From Pedosphaera sp. (lineage in GTDB: Bacteria > Verrucomicrobiota > Verrucomicrobiia > Limisphaerales > SIBH01), in contig JANOQV010000242.1 in assembly GCA_031414955.1 (NCBI GenBank), positions 1 to 64,000 on the forward strand: a DNA stretch of 64,000 nt. Reading direction: 5' to 3'. A program made the position numbers and the translations under genes. Of this stretch, positions 57,133 to 64,000 are shown in pieces. The notes beneath the pieces were generated by a model. The model did not search any database. It saw nothing but the letters and a program-made list of their open reading frames with translations, and was not told the origin of the DNA. Position 1 is the stretch's first letter; each line of letters opens with the position of its first letter.

Positions 57133-59769
57133 GTGAAGAAGCGAATTACAGGAGCATCAGATTCTGAGATGAAGGCTGACGGTTTCAAAAATTCTGAATG
57201 CGAGCCATGCGCGAAAGCGGTGTCGTTAGTGCAAGAACTGAGCGCACAAGCGGACGTGTCTGACTACAAGTGGGAGAAGTTCAAAGACTTGGCAGCCACC
57301 AAGGAGATTCTGGCCTCGGATCCGGCAACGAAACGAGCCGTCGTTCGATATACCGTCGAAACGATCATTGCCATCTGGTCCAAGTGGGATGCCAAAGATG
57401 AGTGGCCGCGCTTGTGGTTTAGAAAAATGCTTGAGGCACGACGGCTTCCGGGAGCAGCCCAAGCAGTTTGCCGGAAACTTCTTTCGCAAGACTTGGCTTT
57501 TTCGGAGGAGGAATTCACCGCACTGATTGAAAGAACGGCCAAAGTCCCGCAGCTCTCTTCGCACGTAGCATTCTTCGAACCTTTGATTACGACTATCGAG
57601 GAATCTGCTTCTAGGAATCGAGTTTCACCGCGGATGAGAGCCGCGCTGGAGAATCTTCGGGGCGCAATATGTTGGGAGAACGCACCAGAAACAAAACTCA
57701 GGGGGCGCATTACAGCAGTTCTACGCGGTCCAAAAGAACTTCCGTTACAGCCGGGGGAAGCATGGTCCGACACCGCCTCTTCTGAATTGAAGGCCATGCC
57801 GGAAGCGCAGCGGATGAAATGGGTATCGCTACTCTCGCATTGTCGTACCCAATCGGGAGGGTCGCCCCCTGCGAAGTGGCTTCAGACTGCATCGAGTTTG
57901 GTAAGGGACATTGGTGCCAAGCAATTCAAGCAGCGAATAATTGCTTGGTTGCCGTTGGTCAACGAACCGCGCACCGAATCCATAGATGATTGGAACCGCG
58001 AGTGGCAGCCGGATCCCCATCAACTCATCATTGAGCCTCACTCCGACATCCTCAAAGGTTTGGCTTGGTGTTGTGGGCTGCGCGAAGGCAAGGAGATCGC
58101 CCGCGAGTTGACTGCGCTGGCACTCAGCACGTATCGCAAGATTCCGAAGAAGGGGCCACGCGAAGTGAAGGTCGGCAATGCCTGCGTCACCGCGCTTGGC
58201 ATGATGCCGAGCATGGAAGGTGTCGGGCAATTGGCGCTGCTCAAAGTGCGCGTGAAGTTCGGCATGGCGCAGAAGATGATCGAGAAAGCGCTGGAGGCCA
58301 CGGCGGCGCGGGTGGGATTGCCGCGCGAAGAACTCGAAGAGATGGCTGTGCCGGCTTACGGGCTGACGGAGGTCGGACGTTGCACCGAGCAGTTCGGCGA
58401 TTACACGGCGGAGTTGAAAGTCAGCGGCACCGGTTCCACGGAAATCTCCTGGCTCAAGTCGGATGGCAAACGTCAGCAATCTGTCCCAGCGGTGGTGAAG
58501 GAGAAGTTCGCGGACGACTTTAAGGAACTTCAGGCCGCCGCAAAGGACATCCAGCGGATGCTGCCCGCGCAACGCGAGCGCATCGACAGCCTGTTCCTGC
58601 AACAGAAACGCTGGCCGTTCGCGGTGTGGCGCGAGCGGTATCTCGATCATCCGCTGGTGGGCGTGCTGGCCCGGCGGCTTCTGTGGGTCTTCACGAACGG
58701 GAAGAAAAACACCACCGGCATCTGGTTCAACGGTCAGATCATGGACGTTGATCTCAAACCGATAAAAAATCTGGGCGCTGAGACGACGGTCACTCTCTGG
58801 CATCCGATCGGACGCGACTTGGACGAGATTGTCGGCTGGCGTGCGTGGCTGGATGCGCAGCAGATTCAGCAGCCGTTCAAGCAGGCGCATCGCGAAGTCT
58901 ATGTGCTCACGGACGCCGAGCGCCGCACGAACACCTACTCGAACCGTTTCGCCGCGCATCTGCTCAAGCAGCATCAGTTCAACGCGCTCGCCGCCTTGCG
59001 TGGCTGGAAGAACAAACTTCGCCTGATGGTCGATGCCGAGTTCCCGCCCGCCACGCGATTGCTCCCGCAATGGGGCTTGCGCGCCGAGTTCTGGATCGAG
59101 GGCGCGGGCGACGAATACGGCACGGACACGAACGAGACCGGAACGTTCCTTCGCGTGGCCACGGACCAGGTGCGCTTCTACCCGATGGAAGCCGCTCAAC
59201 GTACCGCGCACGCTGGAGGTGGAGGGTGTCGCGCCGACCGGCAAGAGGATGGACAACCGTTGCCGCTCGAAGAAATCCCGGCGCTGGTCTTCTCCGAGAT
59301 CATGCGCGACGTGGATTTGTTCGTCGGTGTCGCGAGCGTGGGAAATGATCAGGCTTGGGCCGATGGTGGTCCTGATGGGCGCTATCGCGATTACTGGCAG
59401 AGCTATTCCTTTGGCGAACTGGCCGCCACGGCGCAGACACGCAAGGAAGTCCTGCAACGGTTGGTGCCACGGCTCAAGATCGCAGGCCAATGTTCCTTTG
59501 CCGACAAGTTCCTCGTCGTGAAAGGCAGCCGGCGCACCTACAAGATTCACCTGGGCAGCGGAAACATTCTCATGGAACCGAACGACCAGTATCTCTGCAT
59601 CGTGCCGGATCGGAGCAGCGCGTCGGCGAAGGCGGGTGAGAAGGTGTTCCTCCCGTTCGAGGGCGATGGCACGTTGTCCATCATCCTGAGCAAGGCTTTC
59701 CTGCTGGCGGATGATGGGAAGATCAAAGACGAGACGATTCTCCGGCAGATCAAGCTGCCCAGCTCATGA
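57133..59769 (+). CDS. DUF4132 domain protein
   Basis: KSDGKRQQSVP, YLDHPL…RRLLW, LWHP, QPFKQAHREVY, FSEIMRDVDLFV, YKIHLGSGNILM, ILSKAFLLA. Confidence 0.88.
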   Translation: MKKRITGASDSEMKADGFKNSECEPCAKAVSLVQELSAQADVSDYKWEKFKDLAATKEILASDPATKRAVVRYTVETIIAIWSKWDAKDEWPRLWFRKMLEARRLPGAAQAVCRKLLSQDLAFSEEEFTALIERTAKVPQLSSHVAFFEPLITTIEESASRNRVSPRMRAALENLRGAICWENAPETKLRGRITAVLRGPKELPLQPGEAWSDTASSELKAMPEAQRMKWVSLLSHCRTQSGGSPPAKWLQTASSLVRDIGAKQFKQRIIAWLPLVNEPRTESIDDWNREWQPDPHQLIIEPHSDILKGLAWCCGLREGKEIARELTALALSTYRKIPKKGPREVKVGNACVTALGMMPSMEGVGQLALLKVRVKFGMAQKMIEKALEATAARVGLPREELEEMAVPAYGLTEVGRCTEQFGDYTAELKVSGTGSTEISWLKSDGKRQQSVPAVVKEKFADDFKELQAAAKDIQRMLPAQRERIDSLFLQQKRWPFAVWRERYLDHPLVGVLARRLLWVFTNGKKNTTGIWFNGQIMDVDLKPIKNLGAETTVTLWHPIGRDLDEIVGWRAWLDAQQIQQPFKQAHREVYVLTDAERRTNTYSNRFAAHLLKQHQFNALAALRGWKNKLRLMVDAEFPPATRLLPQWGLRAEFWIEGAGDEYGTDTNETGTFLRVATDQVRFYPMEAAQRTAHAGGGGCRADRQEDGQPLPLEEIPALVFSEIMRDVDLFVGVASVGNDQAWADGGPDGRYRDYWQSYSFGELAATAQTRKEVLQRLVPRLKIAGQCSFADKFLVVKGSRRTYKIHLGSGNILMEPNDQYLCIVPDRSSASAKAGEKVFLPFEGDGTLSIILSKAFLLADDGKIKDETILRQIKLPSS

Positions 59770-60599
59770 GCCAACCCAAGAAATCCACCATCGAGGTTCA
59801 GGGCACGGCGGTATCCATCGTCTCCGGCAAGGATGGCGACTACATCTCGCTCACGGACATGCTTCGGGCGAAGGACGGCGAGTTCTTTATTTCGGATTGG
59901 CTGCGAAACCGGAACACGGTCGAGTTTCTCGGCATCTGGGAATCCGTTTTCAACCCCGCTTTTAATTATGGCGAATTCGCCACAATTAAAAGTCAGGCGG
60001 GGCTGAACAGCTACAAGATCAGCGTGAAGGAGTGGGTCGATAAAACCAATGCCATTGGCCTCAAAGCCACGCCGGGACGTTACGGCGGCACGTTTGCCCA
60101 CCCTGACATCGCCTTCGAGTTCGGCATGTGGATCAGCCCGGAGTTCAAGATTTACCTGGTCAAAGAATTCCGCCGGCTGAAGGAGGACGAGAACCGCCGT
60201 CTTTCGCTCGCGTGGAATCTCAACCGCACGTTGTCGAAACTGAATTATCGCATCCACACGGACGCGGTGAAGGCGCACCTGATTCCGCCCGAGGTCACGC
60301 CCGCGCAGGCGGCCAGCACTTACGCGACCGAGGCGGATTTGCTGAATGTCGCGCTTTTTGGGCATACCGCCCGTCAGTGGCGCGACGCGAATCCGAAGCT
60401 GGAAGGTAACGTGCGCGAGTACGCGAGCGTCGAACAACTGCTCGTGCTCGCGAACATGGAAGGCATGAACGTGGAGTTCATCCACATGGGATTGCCGCAA
60501 GGCGAACGGCTCAAGCGGCTCAATCAAATTGCCATTCGTCAGATGCAGGTGTTGACTTCGGCGAATTTGAAGGCATTGCCGGGAGTGAAGGGGAAATGA
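59766..60599 (+). CDS. KilA-N domain protein
   Basis: DYISLTDM, WLRNRNT.EFLG.WE, GRYGGTFAH.DIAFEFGMWISPEFK. Confidence 0.9.
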   Translation: MSQPKKSTIEVQGTAVSIVSGKDGDYISLTDMLRAKDGEFFISDWLRNRNTVEFLGIWESVFNPAFNYGEFATIKSQAGLNSYKISVKEWVDKTNAIGLKATPGRYGGTFAHPDIAFEFGMWISPEFKIYLVKEFRRLKEDENRRLSLAWNLNRTLSKLNYRIHTDAVKAHLIPPEVTPAQAASTYATEADLLNVALFGHTARQWRDANPKLEGNVREYASVEQLLVLANMEGMNVEFIHMGLPQGERLKRLNQIAIRQMQVLTSANLKALPGVKGK

Positions 60600-61204
60600 G
60601 TCTCATCAATTCATCATCGCAATCACCACGTCCCGCGACACTCGTGCCAAAGTTCGGCCACTTCGCCTATGCCGAGGTCGCGGCGGGGGAACTGGTCGCA
60701 GTTGGGCCGTACCGGCAGACGACACGCATCGTGCAGTTGCAGCGCGCGGCGGCGGAGGCGCTGGGGCGGATGATTGAAGTGGCGCGGCAGGCGGGGCTGG
60801 AACTGGTACCTATCAGCGGATTCAGGAGCGTGGAGTACCAGGCGAAGCTTTGGGCGAAGGCCATTGAGAAGCGCGGTTCGGAGGTCGAGGCGGCGCGCTG
60901 GGTCGCGCCACCGGGACATTCGGAGCATCACACTGGACTGGCTGTCGATATTGGAGAAGGCCCGGAGCCGGAGTCGGATGTGGAGCCGGCCTTCGGCGAC
61001 ACTGCCGCCTACCGCTGGCTGGCCCAGCACGCCGCGAGCTTCGGCTTCGAGATGTCGTTCCCGGCGAACAACCCGCAGGGTGTTGGCTGCGAGCCGTGGC
61101 ACTGGCGTTTCGTCGGCACGCCGGAAGCGGAGAGAACATTCGCTGCCGCGCGCAAGTTTTCCACCGCTCCGCGTTCCGCATTCCGCGTTCCGCATTCATC
61201 ATGA
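60596..61204 (+). CDS. M15B (VanY-like) D-Ala-D-Ala carboxypeptidase
   Basis: SGFRS..YQ, APPGHSEHHTGLAVD, EPWHWRF. Confidence 0.88.
   Translation: MSLINSSSQSPRPATLVPKFGHFAYAEVAAGELVAVGPYRQTTRIVQLQRAAAEALGRMIEVARQAGLELVPISGFRSVEYQAKLWAKAIEKRGSEVEAARWVAPPGHSEHHTGLAVDIGEGPEPESDVEPAFGDTAAYRWLAQHAASFGFEMSFPANNPQGVGCEPWHWRFVGTPEAERTFAAARKFSTAPRSAFRVPHSS
61167..61196 (+). repeat. Heptamer tandem repeat (TTCCGCR, four units)
   Basis: ctccgcg ttccgca ttccgcg ttccgca just before the DUF58 ATG. Confidence 0.85.
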
Positions 61205-62145
61205 TTCCTCGCGAGATTCTCAAAAAGATTCGTCAGATCGAGCTGCGCACCAACCGGCTCGTGAACGAGACGCTAGGCGGGCAATACCACTCGGTCTTCA
61301 AGGGCCAGGGCATGAACTTCGAGGAGGTGCGCGAGTATCAACCCGGTGACGAGGTGCGGACGATTGATTGGAACGTCACAGCGCGGATGAACCATCCGTT
61401 CGTGAAGAAGTTTGTCGAGGAGCGCGAACTCACGCTCATGCTCGTGGTCGATTTGAGCGGCTCCGGGCTGTTCGGCTCCGGCGAGCAATCGAAGCGCGAG
61501 TTGGCGGCGGAGATCGCCTCGGTGCTCGCCTTCTCGGCCATCCGCAACAATGACAAGGTGGGGCTGATCCTCTTCACGGACGAGGTGGAGAAATACATGC
61601 CGCCGAAGAAGGGCCGACGTCATGTGCTGCGCGTCATCCGCGAGATTCTTTTTTTCGAACCGAAGGGGCGTGGGACGAACATCAGTGGCGCGCTGGAATT
61701 CATGGGGCGGGTCACGGCGCATCGTGCCATCACCGTTGTCATCTCCGATTTCCTGGAACCGGGCGCAGATCTGTCGGCGCTTCACGCCGCGCCAGGGGAG
61801 GGCGGTGCCTCGGCGCTCCACGCCAAATTGTCGTCCTCACTGCGGCAGACGAACCGCCGCCATGACGTGGTGGCGGTGCAGATTGTGGACCCGCACGAAA
61901 TGGAATTGCCCGCGCTGGGCCGGCTCATTTTACAGGATGCGGAATCGGGCGAAGTGGTGGAGGTGAACACCAGCGCGGCCACGCGTCGGGCCTTCGCCGC
62001 GCAACAGCAGATCCACCAGGCGGAGATGGAGCGGACGCTGCGCCGGGCGCGCGTCGATGCTATCCGGCTGCGGACGAGCGAATCGTACGCCGGCGCGCTG
62101 GGTCGGTTTTTTGAAACGCGGGAGCGAAGGAGGATGCGTGGTTGA
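61201..62145 (+). CDS. DUF58 domain protein (MoxR-associated)
   Basis: G.YHSVFKGQGMNFEEVREYQPGD.VR.IDWNVTAR, EERE, ISDFL; ATG 61201. Confidence 0.93.
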   Translation: MIPREILKKIRQIELRTNRLVNETLGGQYHSVFKGQGMNFEEVREYQPGDEVRTIDWNVTARMNHPFVKKFVEERELTLMLVVDLSGSGLFGSGEQSKRELAAEIASVLAFSAIRNNDKVGLILFTDEVEKYMPPKKGRRHVLRVIREILFFEPKGRGTNISGALEFMGRVTAHRAITVVISDFLEPGADLSALHAAPGEGGASALHAKLSSSLRQTNRRHDVVAVQIVDPHEMELPALGRLILQDAESGEVVEVNTSAATRRAFAAQQQIHQAEMERTLRRARVDAIRLRTSESYAGALGRFFETRERRRMRG

Positions 62146-62182
62146 GATAAATGAACGAACCAGTGCGCCGCCGCGCCGCTAC

Positions 62183-62312
62183 TCCCTCTCCCCTCAACGG
62201 GGAGAGGGCTGGGGTGAGGGGTGGGAACGTGGCCAGGCTCTGGTCATTGCGAAAGCGTCCTGGCCGCACCACCCCTCACCCTCATTCCCTCTCCCCGTTG
62301 AGGGGAGAGGGA
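62183..62312. repeat. REP-like palindromic doublet (ccctcaccc…ccctctccc family)
   Basis: tccctctcccctcaacggggagaggg…ggggtgaggggtg is inverted to cacccctcaccc…ccctctccccgttgaggggagaggga. Confidence 0.85.
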
Positions 62313-62346
62313 GGTTCGCGTTCGGACCTTCACGATTCATCTGAGC

Positions 62347-62976
62347 ATGGCTTCCAACTCCGGCATTCTCATCCCGCCGCGCGCGCCCGCCAGCACGGTC
62401 GCGAGCACGAATGACATTCGCCCCATCAAGCCGCCCGTGGAGGTGCCGAATCCGTGGGTCTGGGTGTTCTGGACGGCGGGTGTGCTGCTGGCTCTAGCGA
62501 TTATCGTCGCCGCCTTGGTCCTGTGGAAGAACCGGCGCAAGCAACTCGCAGTCGTTCCTCCGGTGCCGCCGCATGTGCGCGCGCGCCAGAAGCTGGAGGC
62601 GGCTTTGCTGCTCATCAGTGACCCGCGCGCCTTTGCCATCGCGGTGTCCGACGCGGTGCGCGTTTATCTTGAGGAGCGGTTCCAACTGCGCGCTCCAGAG
62701 CGGACCACCGAGGAGTTCTTGCGCGACTTGCAGAAGACTTCCGTGCTGACGGAACAACAGAAGGACAGCCTGAGTGCGTTTCTTGAGCAATGTGATCTGG
62801 TGAAGTTCGCCCGCTTCGAGCCGCCGGAGACCATGCTGCGTGAGTTGCAGGAATCAGCGTTGTGCCTTGTCCATGAAACGCAGTACGAAGCGCTGGCTGT
62901 CCCGTCGAGTGTTGCGCCGCCGCTGCCCGAACCTCGCCCGCAGGATGCCGACAGCTCGTCGCCGCCGACCGTATGA
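62347..62976 (+). CDS. Bat-operon membrane protein (DUF4381-like)
   Basis: DIRPIKPP, single TM helix, VRVYLEERF…APERTTEEFL, DLVKFA. Confidence 0.8.
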   Translation: MASNSGILIPPRAPASTVASTNDIRPIKPPVEVPNPWVWVFWTAGVLLALAIIVAALVLWKNRRKQLAVVPPVPPHVRARQKLEAALLLISDPRAFAIAVSDAVRVYLEERFQLRAPERTTEEFLRDLQKTSVLTEQQKDSLSAFLEQCDLVKFARFEPPETMLRELQESALCLVHETQYEALAVPSSVAPPLPEPRPQDADSSSPPTV

Positions 62977-63971
62977 AGTTCACGTTTGCCAACTGGTGGT
63001 TTCTTTTTGCGCTGCTCTTGCTGCCGCTGCTGGCCTTTTTGCGCGGCCAGCGCGGGGCGCGACCGGCCTTTGTCTATTCGTCCGTGACTTTGCTCAAGGG
63101 CGTGAGCAAGGCCAGTCGCTCGCGGGCCGGTGCCCTTTTGCACGCGCTGCGCTGGCTCGCCCTGGCCTTGCTCATTGTGGCCCTGGCGCGTCCGCAGAAG
63201 ACGCAGACCGAAACCTCGGTGCGCGCCAGCGGTGTGGACATCGTCATCGCGGTTGATTTGTCGGGCAGCATGGAGTCGGAGGATTTCCAGATCAAAGGCC
63301 AGCGCGTGAACCGGCTCGTGGTGGCCAAGGACACGATCAAGCAGTTCATCCAGAAGCGCCCGAATGATCGCATCGGCCTGGTCGCCTTCGCCGGGCGCGC
63401 TTACATCGCCGCGCCGTTGACGCTCGATCACGATTTCCTCCTGAACAACTTGGCCCGGCTGGAACTGCACACCATCGAGGACGGCACGGCCATCGGCTCG
63501 GGCCTTTCGGCGGCGGTGAACCGGCTGCGCGACGTGAAATCCAAGAGCAAGATTGTGGTCCTGATGACCGACGGCCAGAACAACGCCGGCAAGATTCCCC
63601 CCCTGACCGCGGCCGAGGCGGCCAAGGCGCTGGACGTGAAAGTTTACACCATCGGCGTGGGTATTCGCGGCCAGGCACCGTTCCCTCAGAACACGCCCTT
63701 CGGCAAACGCTATGCGATGGTGGAAGTGGACATCGACGAACCGACGCTGACCAGCATCGCGGAGAAGACTGGCGGCAAATACTATCGCGCCGACAGCACG
63801 GACACGCTGCGCAAGGTGTATGAGGAGATTGATCAGTTCGAGAAGACCGAGGCGGTGGTGAAGAAGTTTGTGCGGCGCGAAGAATTGTTTCACTGGGCGG
63901 CGCTGTCCGCTTTGCTGCTGCTGGTGATCGAAGTGATGTTGGCGAACACGATTTGGAGGAGATTGCCGTGA
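62973..63971 (+). CDS. batA: BatA-like VWA domain protein
   Basis: ALARPQ, MIDAS DLSGSM, DRIGLVAF, PLTLD, GTAIG, MTDGQNN, C-terminal TM helix. Confidence 0.9.
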   Translation: MKFTFANWWFLFALLLLPLLAFLRGQRGARPAFVYSSVTLLKGVSKASRSRAGALLHALRWLALALLIVALARPQKTQTETSVRASGVDIVIAVDLSGSMESEDFQIKGQRVNRLVVAKDTIKQFIQKRPNDRIGLVAFAGRAYIAAPLTLDHDFLLNNLARLELHTIEDGTAIGSGLSAAVNRLRDVKSKSKIVVLMTDGQNNAGKIPPLTAAEAAKALDVKVYTIGVGIRGQAPFPQNTPFGKRYAMVEVDIDEPTLTSIAEKTGGKYYRADSTDTLRKVYEEIDQFEKTEAVVKKFVRREELFHWAALSALLLLVIEVMLANTIWRRLP

Positions 63972-63977
63972 AACAAC

Positions 63978-63998
63978 CCCCAAGCCCCAAGCCCCAAG
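63978..63998 (+). repeat. Heptamer tandem repeat (CCCCAAG x3) at the window edge
   Basis: ccccaag ccccaag ccccaag directly after the batA stop. Confidence 0.8.
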
Positions 63999-64000
63999 CA

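Noticed and set aside
60568..60595. Resemblance of the KilA-N end (attgccgg…gtgaag) to the moxR end as a possible att site
   Set aside because: Too short and gapped to distinguish from chance, unlike the lepA repeat.
60596..61204. Vancomycin-resistance cluster
   Set aside because: Lone M15B peptidase with no vanHAX or vanRS genes.

Overview
High-GC bacterial chromosomal window, most likely Verrucomicrobiota (Pedosphaera/Limisphaera-like). This assignment is inferred from the PVC-type gene content: a DUF1553/DUF1501 pair, DUF1080, a Ser/Thr kinase with ECF sigma, giant lamin-tail/CotH proteins with a C-terminal FYRV-type domain, and a long LepB. Housekeeping genes are lepA, lepB, iscA-hscB, yqeY, nadC-birA, trpD and moxR-DUF58-batA. 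Two conserved operons are split by accessory DNA. (i) Between lepA and lepB, a MazF-type TA pair is bracketed by a 63-bp direct repeat of the lepA 3' end. (ii) Between moxR and DUF58 lies a ~5.1-kb block with a ParE/RelE TA pair, a small ubiquitin-like protein ending in a C-terminal Gly-Gly next to a mosaic DUF4132 protein, a KilA-N protein and a VanY-like peptidase. The Ubl-GG + DUF4132 module is my best candidate for an undescribed system. Other observations: recurrent leaderless sigma70-type promoters, heptamer tandem repeats inside coding sequences, a histidine kinase and an Fe-ADH with degenerate catalytic motifs, and a candidate sRNA. No rRNA, tRNA, CRISPR array, integrase or transposase was seen. 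All family assignments come from motifs recognised by eye, not from database searches.
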